The translations under genes were made by a program, and so were the position numbers. Positions 1-8,580 of a DNA stretch of 44,375 nucleotides are shown piece by piece. The notes under the pieces were generated by a model, which was not told the origin of the DNA, searched no databases, and worked only from the letters and a program-made list of their open reading frames with translations. The DNA comes from Candidatus Hadarchaeota archaeon (GTDB lineage: Archaea > Hadarchaeota > Hadarchaeia > Hadarchaeales > Hadarchaeaceae), in NCBI GenBank assembly GCA_040755315.1, contig JBFMBF010000007.1, positions 1 to 44,375 on the forward strand, in the 5' to 3' direction. Numbering within the stretch: the stretch's first letter is position 1; each line of letters starts with the position of its first letter.

Positions 1-184
1 CGTCCAACCCAGTGATGTCAAAGTCATGGAGCTTCTCCTCGAGCCAGCCTATGCCGCAGCCGACGTTGAGGATTCTGTCCCCCGCCTTCAGATGTTTCCG
101 GATGTAACTTGCTTCCATATCTGTCACCTTTTTTCCTAACTCGCTCACGCAAAAACCAATGAATTTCTCTACGTCGCTGGTCAT
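1..184 (-). CDS. Class I SAM-dependent methyltransferase, partial (runs off the window start)
   Basis: Not in the ORF track. Manual translation from ATG at 184 (TGATG overlap with the upstream stop) gives MTSDVEKFIGFCVSELGKKVTDMEASYIRKHLKAGDRILNVGCGIGWLEEKLHDFDITGLD, containing SAM motif I (ILNVGCGIG). Confidence 0.8.
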   Translation of the reverse strand, partial: MTSDVEKFIGFCVSELGKKVTDMEASYIRKHLKAGDRILNVGCGIGWLEEKLHDFDITGLD

Positions 185-711
185 CACTTCTCGCCAACCA
201 TCAAGACGGAATTTTTTCCAACCCTATCGGCGCCAAGGTATTTGTAGCCGGCCCGCACCAACATGTTTTTTACATCATTCGGTGTGAATTTATAACAACT
301 GGATTTCCTCTTCCGCTCGGTGAACCAGTAATCCAGCACGATTATCTTCCCATGGTCCCCAAGTAACCTCCTGATTTTTCTTAAAGCAGTGGTCGGTCGG
401 TCTATGTGGTGGAGAGTGTAAATGAGAGTTACGGCATCAAAGCTTTTCTCATTAAAACACTCATCTATTCTATGCGCATCTCCTTTTATGCACTCAATTA
501 AATCGCAGGTGTCAAATTTCTTGCACCATTTATGTGATTTGGTAAACCCCGAATCTGATATGTCGAACCCAACGACTTTTCTGTTGAGTTTTCTGGCAAG
601 GCAATTCACAAGATAACCTTCACCACACCCCACATCCAGCAGGCTCCCCGTTTTGTAGATTTTTCGGTAGATTTCATTGCAGATTGTATAATCATTCATT
701 TTTCTGCCCAC
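184..711 (-). CDS. Class I SAM-dependent methyltransferase
   Basis: LLDVGCGEG motif I, GFDIS, FDAV..YTLHH. Start may be ATG at 699. Confidence 0.85.
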   Translation of the reverse strand: MGRKMNDYTICNEIYRKIYKTGSLLDVGCGEGYLVNCLARKLNRKVVGFDISDSGFTKSHKWCKKFDTCDLIECIKGDAHRIDECFNEKSFDAVTLIYTLHHIDRPTTALRKIRRLLGDHGKIIVLDYWFTERKRKSSCYKFTPNDVKNMLVRAGYKYLGADRVGKNSVLMVGEK

Positions 712-1058
712 TCCCCGTAAAATCTCTTGATAAAGCCGGTGGAGTTTAACAGGCCAAGTAACTCTTGCTGTCTATCTTCGTTCTCAAGAATCTCGTTCAC
801 GACTGTGCTTTGGTAATGCGCTTTGAGTTTTACCTTGACTTTTTGTTTCAACCTCGTTTCAAGCACATGTTTTATCATGACGCCTATAGCTGCACTGAAG
901 GGGCACATTGGGGCCGTTAGGGTGTAAGAGACCTCTATCGCATCATCCGTGATCTTGATGTCCTCCTCACCAACGAGTTCCATGTCAACGATGGACTTGT
1001 TTGGGTAGTCTGGGTCGCGTACTTCTTTCAAAATTTCGATTACTTCTTTTTCATCCAA
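696..1058 (-). CDS. DUF59/MIP18-family Fe-S cluster assembly protein
   Basis: LKEVRDPD..SIVDMELV and LTAPMCP motifs. TTG at 1058 follows AGGTGA, so the track start of 1106 is probably too long. Confidence 0.8.
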   Translation of the reverse strand: MDEKEVIEILKEVRDPDYPNKSIVDMELVGEEDIKITDDAIEVSYTLTAPMCPFSAAIGVMIKHVLETRLKQKVKVKLKAHYQSTVVNEILENEDRQQELLGLLNSTGFIKRFYGEWAEK

Positions 1059-1062
1059 AATA

Positions 1063-1452
1063 TCACCTTGCGGCGTCGACCATCTCTTGAATTTCTTTCT
1101 CAACATCCTCCGCCTCGGCTACGCCCACTTCTGGAAAGAGCTGCGTGACCATCGTGGGTCTCATCCCAACAATCTTCACTTTACCGTTGTCCTCCAGCAC
1201 GTTTATCTTGCACGGCATGCAGAGCGAGATATACTTGTTTTTGTTGAGGAAACTGTTTGCATGCTTCCCTGAGCAGATCTCGATTATCTTGAGCGGGCCC
1301 TGTTCGAACCCCTTTGCAGCCAGTCTTTCCTTGATATCATGTATCTGAAAAACTGTCCAACCCTTCCTTTCAACGCTTCTCAGGACGGAAACCACAGCTT
1401 CGTCAAAGCTCTTTCCGGTCTCCACAACATGTGCAAAGTCCTCAAGCTTCAT
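1063..1452 (-). CDS. DUF302 domain protein
   Basis: SFDEAV..GWTVF..HDIKE, IEIC, MPCKINV..E pattern. Start taken at MKLEDF. Confidence 0.8.
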   Translation of the reverse strand: MKLEDFAHVVETGKSFDEAVVSVLRSVERKGWTVFQIHDIKERLAAKGFEQGPLKIIEICSGKHANSFLNKNKYISLCMPCKINVLEDNGKVKIVGMRPTMVTQLFPEVGVAEAEDVEKEIQEMVDAAR

Positions 1453-1882
1453 GCTTTGCCCCCAATCGTTTGTGCTCAATCATCATGCATCGATTCATCA
1501 CGACATCCAAGCCAGCGCCTTTGGCCAGCTTGGCGGCTTGCTCGTTCACGATGTCTAATTGCATCCATACTGCGCGCAGCTTCCCGTGTTTTTGTTTGAG
1601 TTGAATGGCCTGTTCTACGATGGGCGGAACATCCTCGGATGGCCTAAAAATATCCACCACCTCAATGCTTTTTTGGAGCTCCTCTGGAGCACCCAATAAG
1701 CTCTTGTAACATTTTTCGCCCAAAATTTCGCCTGCAAGTGGATTGATAGGGACTATGCGATGCCCGTGGTTTTTCAGGTAAGTCGCTACCCTATGGCTGT
1801 CTTTGGCAGGATCTCTTGACAGCCCTACCACCGCCACGGTCTTGAGGCAGATAATTTTTAGTGTTTCATCTTCGGCCACCAT
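1442..1882 (-). CDS. CoA-binding protein (YccU-like)
   Basis: VAVVGLS, VPINP, VDIFRPS, VWMQL, VVMNRC motifs. Confidence 0.9.
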   Translation of the reverse strand: MVAEDETLKIICLKTVAVVGLSRDPAKDSHRVATYLKNHGHRIVPINPLAGEILGEKCYKSLLGAPEELQKSIEVVDIFRPSEDVPPIVEQAIQLKQKHGKLRAVWMQLDIVNEQAAKLAKGAGLDVVMNRCMMIEHKRLGAKHEA

Positions 1883-2207
1883 GCTTCCCCGCCTTAACTA
1901 GCTTTTTTCCTTCTGCAAGCTGTTCGAAAAGCACGTCCCGGATGAGCGCGCATGCCCGCACAATTTTCCGGCTGGCAATCCTGTAATACACGTTCACTCC
2001 ATCTTTGCGCGCCACGACCACTCCCCGCTGGCGCATGAGCGCGAGATGTTGTGATAAATTTGCCTGCCGCAGGCTGGTAGCTGCAACCAGTTCATTCACA
2101 GTTTTCTCCCCGTCCCTGAGCAGGTTCAGAATTTCCAACCTGACTGGATTCGAGAGCGTTTTACAAAGTTCAGCGTGCAGCTGGAAAATCTTGCGTTCTT
2201 CGGCCAT
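1866..2207 (-). CDS. ArsR/SmtB family transcriptional regulator
   Basis: KTLSNPVRLEIL, LSQHLALMR, RKDGVNVYY winged HTH. Start at ATG 2207 or 2216. Confidence 0.9.
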   Translation of the reverse strand: MAEERKIFQLHAELCKTLSNPVRLEILNLLRDGEKTVNELVAATSLRQANLSQHLALMRQRGVVVARKDGVNVYYRIASRKIVRACALIRDVLFEQLAEGKKLVKAGKHGGRR

Positions 2208-2215
2208 TCCAATCA

Positions 2216-2243
2216 TATTCAAATATTCGAATAAGTTTATAAA
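2216..2243. promoter_or_regulatory. Divergent arsR/dsrE promoter with candidate ArsR operator and palindromic TATA box
   Basis: TATTC-N8-GAATA inverted repeat at 2216-2233. TTTATAAA at 2236-2243 lies about 30 nt from both divergent start codons. Confidence 0.55.
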
Positions 2244-2272
2244 TGTTGATATCCAATTAATTCTTTGGACAC

Positions 2273-2623
2273 ATGGCAGTGGTTACCATAATCATAAACA
2301 AGGCTCCATATGGTGAGGAGCTGGCTTGGAATGCTCTGAGGCTGGCGCAGGCGCTACTTGCCAAAGGAGTTCATGTTAACCTTTTCCTGCTCGGTGACGG
2401 CGTGTTTGCCGCGAAGAAAGGGCAGACCACGCCACATGGATATTACAACCTAGAACAAATGCTGGAAGATTTGGCAGAGCGGGGCGTGAAAATCGGAGCA
2501 TGCGGCACATGTGCGGCAGCGAGAGGACTTGAGGAGGAAACAATGGTCGGCGGCGTGAAGATGAGTGGGATGATTGACCTCGCGACATGGATAAAAGAAA
2601 GCCAGCACGTCCTTACGTTTTGA
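2273..2623 (+). CDS. DsrE/YchN family sulfur relay protein
   Basis: APYGEE, NALRLA, FLLGDGV, CGTCAAARG, VLTF terminus. Confidence 0.9.
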   Translation: MAVVTIIINKAPYGEELAWNALRLAQALLAKGVHVNLFLLGDGVFAAKKGQTTPHGYYNLEQMLEDLAERGVKIGACGTCAAARGLEEETMVGGVKMSGMIDLATWIKESQHVLTF

Positions 2624-3842
2624 CTACTTCCGCCGCTCTTGATATTGCGTCCCGCGTGATTTTCAAATCCTTTGCAGAATGGGCCGAAGAAGTGAACCAG
2701 CACTCAAGTTGCGACGGCGCTGCAAAAACTCCGTTTTTCAGAAGAGTTTGGTGGAACCTCATGAAATTGGCCATGTCGGATTTCCTGGCATCATCTGCTG
2801 AACGAACTTCTGACTCGTTGAAAAACACCTGAAACATAGAGACCACCCTGTTGACAGGAAAACCCAATTCCTTTTCCAAGATGTCTGCAACTTTTCCGGC
2901 AAAGCCGCTCGCTTTTTGAATGCTTTTTTCCCTCTCCAGAGTCTCGATGGTCGCCAAACCAGCCGCCATCGTCACGGGATGGCCGCAAAATGTTCCGGCT
3001 TGGTAGACCTTGCCCGCGGGAGCGACCAGTTTCATTATCTCTTTTCTCCCTGTGAAGGCGCCGACCGGGAACCCGCCGCCGATTATTTTCCCCAACGTTG
3101 CTATGTCCGGTTCAACCCTGTAGAACTCCTGCGCGCCTCCCATCGCCAACCTGAAGCCGGTTATAACTTCGTCAAAAATCAGAAGCGCGCCGCTGTTGTC
3201 GCAGATTTCTCTGAGCCCCTGGAGGAAACCATCTTGAGGTGGGATGCAGCCAAGGTTGCCCATGACGGGCTCCACCATGATGGCCGCCAGCTTTTTTTTG
3301 CGCGAGATTTTCTCGACGCTGCCGATGTCGTTGAACGATGCCACAAGAGTGTTTTTTCTGAGCACGTGGGGGATGCCTGGGCTCTTTGGCCCCTTTTTCC
3401 CGAACAGAAAGTGGTCGTGGGCGCCGTGGTAGCAGCCGTCGAAGAGGAGGATGCTATCGCGGTTCGTGCAAGCGCGCGCCAGCCTCACCACGCTAGCCGT
3501 GGCCTCTGTCCCGGAGTTCACGAAGCGCACCATCTCGGCGCATGAGACGTGTTTCGTGATTTTTTCCGCCATCTTTACCTCTAGCTCGTTTGGTATTCCG
3601 AAAACAATGCCGCGCCCAAGTTGCTCCTTGACCGCTCTGACAACGGACGGCGCTTGGTGCCCGAGAATCAGCGGGCCGTATGCCAGGCAGTAGTCCACAT
3701 ACTCGTTGCCGTCCACATCTGTTATTCTGGCATCTCTGCCGCGCTCGATGAAGAATGGGTAGGGCTTAAAAGCGCGGACTGGGCTGTCCACCCCTCCGGG
3801 TAACAAGCGCTTGGCTTTTTCATATAGCCGGCGTGATTGCAC
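2613..3842 (-). CDS. hemL: Glutamate-1-semialdehyde 2,1-aminomutase
   Basis: PGGVDSPVRAF, NSGTEAT, FDEVITGFR, GKIIGGGFP, YQAGTF. Confidence 0.95.
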   Translation of the reverse strand: MQSRRLYEKAKRLLPGGVDSPVRAFKPYPFFIERGRDARITDVDGNEYVDYCLAYGPLILGHQAPSVVRAVKEQLGRGIVFGIPNELEVKMAEKITKHVSCAEMVRFVNSGTEATASVVRLARACTNRDSILLFDGCYHGAHDHFLFGKKGPKSPGIPHVLRKNTLVASFNDIGSVEKISRKKKLAAIMVEPVMGNLGCIPPQDGFLQGLREICDNSGALLIFDEVITGFRLAMGGAQEFYRVEPDIATLGKIIGGGFPVGAFTGRKEIMKLVAPAGKVYQAGTFCGHPVTMAAGLATIETLEREKSIQKASGFAGKVADILEKELGFPVNRVVSMFQVFFNESEVRSADDARKSDMANFMRFHQTLLKNGVFAAPSQLECWFTSSAHSAKDLKITRDAISRAAEVVKT

Positions 3843-3871
3843 TTGGCCACCATTAAATGATTTTTACGTAT

Positions 3872-4924
3872 TTAATCAACGTTTCTAATATTGGCCGCTG
3901 AAAAAATCAGTTTCTGCCCAGTAGGGAACCAATCCGGCATCGTGGCACCCGCCGCCGACCAGTTTATCGTCGCATCATGCTTGCTGCTCCCATCGGCGTT
4001 TATCAGTCCTAAACCAATCCCGGTAGGACGGAGGTACCAAAACGCCAGCTTCGTGCCATCCGGTGACCACGTCGGCATGGCCTCAGCGACATCTGGAGTG
4101 CTCGTCAGCCTTGTCTCGCCCGCACCATCAGCGCCGATGGTGTACAAATCGTAGTTACCTATGACGGTCCCACCAATCGTCAGGTTGTCATCCAAGTGTC
4201 GATAGAAAGCGATTTTCGTCCCCCCTGGCGAGATTTTTGGATCGAAGTCACCGAAATTGAAGGCGGCCTCGCTCTTGGTATAAAAACTTGGGGATGTGAG
4301 CTGGCTGGCTCCAGTACCGTCGCTGTTCATCAGCCACAGATTTTGCACGTTTTCATTTTTAACTAGCCGGGGAAACACCATCTTGTTTTCAACCCAATGG
4401 GGATCAGCTTCTATCATGTTATCAGTCAAAGTCAACCTCTGGATATTGTCCCCTGTTGAGTTCATGACATATAAGTCGAGATTTAGATTCTCCAACACGC
4501 TACCGCGGCTTGAAGCGAAGAGAATCTCCGTGCCGTCAGGGGACCACACAGGGACAGCGTCGATGATGTTGTCCGGACCTGTCAGGAGCCTGTAGCCGGT
4601 CCCGTCGAGGTTCATGACCCCGACTTCTGCGGAGAAGAGATCATCCTCATTCGCCGTTCCATCGCCGTTCAGGTCCTGTGTGAACTCGCTGAACAGAATC
4701 CTGGTTCCATCTGGAGAGATGTGGAGGTGGTTGAGCTGGGTATCGCTCTGGTGAATCAGCGTCAGGTCCGAGCCGTCCGAGTTGACCGAGAAAACACCGT
4801 ATTTTTTGATCCAGTTGTCGGCTGTTGTCGATGCCGTCTTGCCGAAGTTGCTGAGGTTACTGAGAATTATGATTGCAGCGACCAAGACGATTACCACGAT
4901 GATGACTTTCTTTGCTGCGCTCAA
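3872..4924 (-). CDS. Membrane-anchored TolB-like (PD40 repeat) beta-propeller protein
   Basis: N-terminal basic plus hydrophobic anchor; repeated PxWSPDG and MNxDG motifs. Confidence 0.8.
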   Translation of the reverse strand: MSAAKKVIIVVIVLVAAIIILSNLSNFGKTASTTADNWIKKYGVFSVNSDGSDLTLIHQSDTQLNHLHISPDGTRILFSEFTQDLNGDGTANEDDLFSAEVGVMNLDGTGYRLLTGPDNIIDAVPVWSPDGTEILFASSRGSVLENLNLDLYVMNSTGDNIQRLTLTDNMIEADPHWVENKMVFPRLVKNENVQNLWLMNSDGTGASQLTSPSFYTKSEAAFNFGDFDPKISPGGTKIAFYRHLDDNLTIGGTVIGNYDLYTIGADGAGETRLTSTPDVAEAMPTWSPDGTKLAFWYLRPTGIGLGLINADGSSKHDATINWSAAGATMPDWFPTGQKLIFSAANIRNVD

Positions 4925-4955
4925 ATCATCCCCCAGAACTCGATAAGCACTAGCA

Positions 4956-6344
4956 TCAACTTTTAAAAAGTGTTTCGATGGTTGGTTTTTCTGTTTCGTG
5001 ATTAATGCCGATCCCGTTCGCCTTCGAAAAATCTGTTACTTCTTTTCCTAGCGATATCACAAAAGAACTGTTGATCTTTCCAACGAACTCCTTTTTCAAT
5101 CCGAGTTCGTCCGCCGCTTTCAGCAAGTATCTCAGAAGTCCCGAACTCGTCAGCAGAGTGAAGTCGTTCTTTGTTTTGAGGTACTCTCTGACGGCCCCAT
5201 CCAGATTTTTTGGCTTGACCTGATAGGCCACGATGTTCACGGCGCCCTCTAACTTCTCCTCCGCGAGAGGTGACCGGAATGCCAGGACCCGCCCCCATCT
5301 CCTCTTTCTCAGGAGCTCCCTCACGCCGCCCAGATTCTGCTCCCGGGGGACGGAAACGCGCCGATGCCCGTGGCGCCGAAGCTCTCGCCTAGTCGTCCCT
5401 CCGACCGCGACCAACCTGTACTTCCTGAAATCAAAAAACCCGGCAGTTGATCGGACCCCGGCCGCGCTCATGAAAACAAGCGTGCCCCAGCGCTCGGATG
5501 CGGCGCGTTTCAGGTTCTCTTCCTCCGGTTCAATCTCGCAGATTTCGAAAACGTTTGGGATGCCGCCCGCCCGTCTGATTAGCCGTTCCGTTCGCCCGAC
5601 CTCGTCGCGCGCCCTGAAAGCCGCGACCCGCTTGCCACGGAAGTCGAGCAGGGTACTTATCACCTTCCCTACAACCAGGACTGCGGGAGGACTCGCACCT
5701 AGCCGCCGCGAAAAATCAACTATCCTGTCCAATGTTGAGACAACGAGGCGCCCTTCCTCGGTCGCTCCATGACTTACCAAAGCGCACGGTTCCGCCCCGG
5801 ACTTCCCTGCGCGGGTCTGCTCCCTAACCACTTCCCCAATGTTCTCAACCACCATCAACACCACCACCGTGTCCCCCAAGCGGCGCAAGTCCGGCCTCCT
5901 GCGCTCGGCACGGTGCCCTGTCAGGATTGTGAGGCTCGATGAAACACCGCGCCTTGTCAGTGGAATCTTCGCGAGGGATGGAACCGCAATCGCTGAGGAG
6001 AGGCCGGGGACCACCTCCACCTCAACCCCCCTCTGCTGGAGGTACTGAAGCTCCTCGCCGCCGCGCCCGAACACCATCGGGTCGCCGTTCTTCAGCCTGA
6101 CCACAATCTTCCCCTTCCGCGCCTCGGAGCAAAGCCTGCGGTTGATCCAGTCCTGCTTCAGCGGCTCCCCCGGGCGCTTCCCGGATGGGATTTTTTTTGC
6201 CTTTCTGGCGTAATCGAGGGCGCTTGGATCAATCAACCTGTCATGGAGGACGACATCCGCCTTCTTCAGTGTTTCAACAGCCCGGAATGTGAGAAGGTCT
6301 GCTGACCCGGGACCGCAACCGACTAGGTAGACTTTTCCTGGCAC
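4956..6344 (-). CDS. cobA: Uroporphyrinogen-III C-methyltransferase fused to a HemD-like synthase domain
   Basis: VYLVGCGPG, VVRLKNGDPMVFGRGGEE, VVPGLSS. The C-terminal half has HemD-like VFMSAAGV/AVGGTT. Confidence 0.88.
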   Translation of the reverse strand: MPGKVYLVGCGPGSADLLTFRAVETLKKADVVLHDRLIDPSALDYARKAKKIPSGKRPGEPLKQDWINRRLCSEARKGKIVVRLKNGDPMVFGRGGEELQYLQQRGVEVEVVPGLSSAIAVPSLAKIPLTRRGVSSSLTILTGHRAERRRPDLRRLGDTVVVLMVVENIGEVVREQTRAGKSGAEPCALVSHGATEEGRLVVSTLDRIVDFSRRLGASPPAVLVVGKVISTLLDFRGKRVAAFRARDEVGRTERLIRRAGGIPNVFEICEIEPEEENLKRAASERWGTLVFMSAAGVRSTAGFFDFRKYRLVAVGGTTRRELRRHGHRRVSVPREQNLGGVRELLRKRRWGRVLAFRSPLAEEKLEGAVNIVAYQVKPKNLDGAVREYLKTKNDFTLLTSSGLLRYLLKAADELGLKKEFVGKINSSFVISLGKEVTDFSKANGIGINHETEKPTIETLFKS

Positions 6345-7177
6345 AAAATTCTCCCCGCTTTCTTTCCCAACATGATTGGATTTTTACCTTCCAGCTTGAT
6401 TAGCCTGCGCCCGCCATCGTGAACCACCGCAACCAGATTTATTTTCTTGCCCCTCGCTCTTGCAACTGCGCCGGCCCCTCCACGGCATCCTGAACCGAGC
6501 TCATTCAGGAAGGCCCGCTCGCAGGTGACCTCCTTCCAAGCCCGGTTGTCATTTATCTTTTTTAAAAAACCTGACCCGCCCTTCCTCTTTACCACCGCCA
6601 GCGCACCTTGTCCCGGTGCTGGGACCATTTCCCCCAGCTCAAACACCTGCGCGGCCATGTTTTCTATGCCAAGCCTCTCTAACGCGGCAAAGGCGACGAT
6701 TGTTCCATCGTACGTCTTCCCATCAACCTTAGATATGCGAGTCTCTATGTTCCCCCGGATTTCCATGAACTTCAGGTCTTGACGTATAAACGAGAGTTCC
6801 GCCGCTCTTCTTGGGCTGTCCGTCCCGATAACGGCGCCTCTTGGCAGACCTTGGATGTCAACTCCCTTCCAGGACACGAGCGCGTCATTGGGCGACATCC
6901 TCTCGGGAACGCACGCCACCTCCAGCCCGCGCGGAAGTTTTGTCGGTAGGTCTTTCATGCTGTGGACCCCAATGTCAACCTCTCCTCTGAGCACCGCTCG
7001 GTTGATCTCGTTCACGAATATCCCCCCAACAATTTTTCCCCGGCGGACATCTCCAGCGGTTTTTATCACCATGATTTCTCCTTCAAGATTTGGAACAACT
7101 TTCTTCAATTTTTTCAAAACCAGCTGAGTCTGCAACAGCGCAAGCTTGCTTCCGCGTGTCCCGATCCTAAGTTCCAT
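6323..7177 (-). CDS. hemC: Hydroxymethylbilane synthase
   Basis: IGTRGSKLA, VHSMKDLPT, IRGNIETR, PAPGQGAL. Confidence 0.95.
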   Translation of the reverse strand: MELRIGTRGSKLALLQTQLVLKKLKKVVPNLEGEIMVIKTAGDVRRGKIVGGIFVNEINRAVLRGEVDIGVHSMKDLPTKLPRGLEVACVPERMSPNDALVSWKGVDIQGLPRGAVIGTDSPRRAAELSFIRQDLKFMEIRGNIETRISKVDGKTYDGTIVAFAALERLGIENMAAQVFELGEMVPAPGQGALAVVKRKGGSGFLKKINDNRAWKEVTCERAFLNELGSGCRGGAGAVARARGKKINLVAVVHDGGRRLIKLEGKNPIMLGKKAGRILCQEKST

Positions 7178-8159
7178 CCAACCACTTCACAGCATCGAGA
7201 GCGGCATAGGTGATGATGAAGTTGGCCCCGGCGCGCTTTATGGATGTGAGTGTTTCAATGAACGCCATCTTTTCATCAAGCAGGCCGCGCTGGCCAGCCA
7301 GCTTTAACGCCGCGTATTCCCCGCTCACCTGATATGCCGCCAGCGGCACGTCAAACCTCCTCCTTGCCTCCGCAATGACATCCAGATAAGGCAAAGCCGG
7401 CTTGACCATCGCGATGTCTGCCCCCTCTTTTACGTCAAGCGACATCTCGTACATGGCCTGCTCCAGGGATCTGAAGTCCATCTGGTAAGTGCTGCGGTCT
7501 GTAATGTACGGCAGGCCCTTAACCCGCTTGGGCGCACTTTCAACCGCGTCCCTGAAAGGGCCGTAGAATGAGCTGGCAAACTTCGCCGAGTAGCTCATTA
7601 TCCCCGTGTCCGTGAACCCCTCGGCATCGAGAGCGCCACGGATTGCCTTCACCTGACCATCCATCATGGCAGAGGGGGCGACGAAGTCAGCCCCCGCCCT
7701 GGCGTGGGAAACCGCAGTTTTCGACAGCAAATCCAAAGTGCGGTCGTTGTCCACCCCACGCTCTGCCAAAACCCCGCAGTGGCCATGTGAAGTGTACTGG
7801 CAAAGGCAGACGTCCGTAAACACAACGATGTCTGATATCTCTTTTATTTTCTTGACAGTTTTTTGCACGACCGCCTCGTCATTGTACGCCTCTTTCCCCA
7901 TTGCATCCTTTCTCGCAGGTATGCCGAACACCAGCAGCCCCGGAATTCCTGCCCTTTCACAACTCTTAACGACCTCGCCAATGTCACTCAAGGAATGGCG
8001 GTAGTGCCCCGGGATGCTTTTTATCTCTGTTTTTTCCAGCTGCCCTTCCTTGACGAAAACTGGGTAGACAAAATCATCCTTGCTCAAGCTAACTGAACTC
8101 ACAAGTTTCCTCACTTTATTGCTCTTCCTCAGCCGCCTCAGCCTTGCTTCAGGCGCCAC
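7167..8159 (-). CDS. hemB: Porphobilinogen synthase (Zn type)
   Basis: RLRRLR, DVCLCQYTSHGHCG, PSAMMDG, YGPFRDA, MVKPA, YQVSGEY. GTG start at 8159 preferred over 8231. Confidence 0.95.
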   Translation of the reverse strand: MAPEARLRRLRKSNKVRKLVSSVSLSKDDFVYPVFVKEGQLEKTEIKSIPGHYRHSLSDIGEVVKSCERAGIPGLLVFGIPARKDAMGKEAYNDEAVVQKTVKKIKEISDIVVFTDVCLCQYTSHGHCGVLAERGVDNDRTLDLLSKTAVSHARAGADFVAPSAMMDGQVKAIRGALDAEGFTDTGIMSYSAKFASSFYGPFRDAVESAPKRVKGLPYITDRSTYQMDFRSLEQAMYEMSLDVKEGADIAMVKPALPYLDVIAEARRRFDVPLAAYQVSGEYAALKLAGQRGLLDEKMAFIETLTSIKRAGANFIITYAALDAVKWLDGT

Positions 8160-8580
8160 GCTCCAGCTCCTCCTTGACCTTCTTTGACAGGCGAGGATTC
8201 TTCCCGAATGTTGAAAAGGAAAACACGCCAAAGTCTTTTTCTATCACTGCCGGAAAAATGACGTTGCCGCCCTCGAAGAAATCCGCCCTGTTCACAAGAC
8301 AGCCTTTCCTCATGGCGCTCTTTGAAATCTCCTCGTTGAGTTTTTTATCATCGGTGGCCGCCACGACCAAAAAATATCCCCTGAAAGACGGCATATTTTC
8401 CGGCCCCAAATTTTTCTGGACGAACCCCATGCGGCCTTTGAGCCTGACTTTTTTCTTGTCCACGACCGTGACATCCGCGCCAGCCGCAAGCAGCTTCTCC
8501 GCCCTCCGCTTCCCGACTTTGCCAAACCCAACTACCAAGACCTTCTTCCCCCGAAGGCTCACGTGAAGGGGCAGGTACAT
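8149..8580 (-). CDS. sirC: Precorrin-2 dehydrogenase (SirC/CysG N-terminal type)
   Basis: YLPL, VLVVGFGKVGKRR, LVVAATDD, STFGKNPRLS. Confidence 0.8.
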   Translation of the reverse strand: MYLPLHVSLRGKKVLVVGFGKVGKRRAEKLLAAGADVTVVDKKKVRLKGRMGFVQKNLGPENMPSFRGYFLVVAATDDKKLNEEISKSAMRKGCLVNRADFFEGGNVIFPAVIEKDFGVFSFSTFGKNPRLSKKVKEELERGA

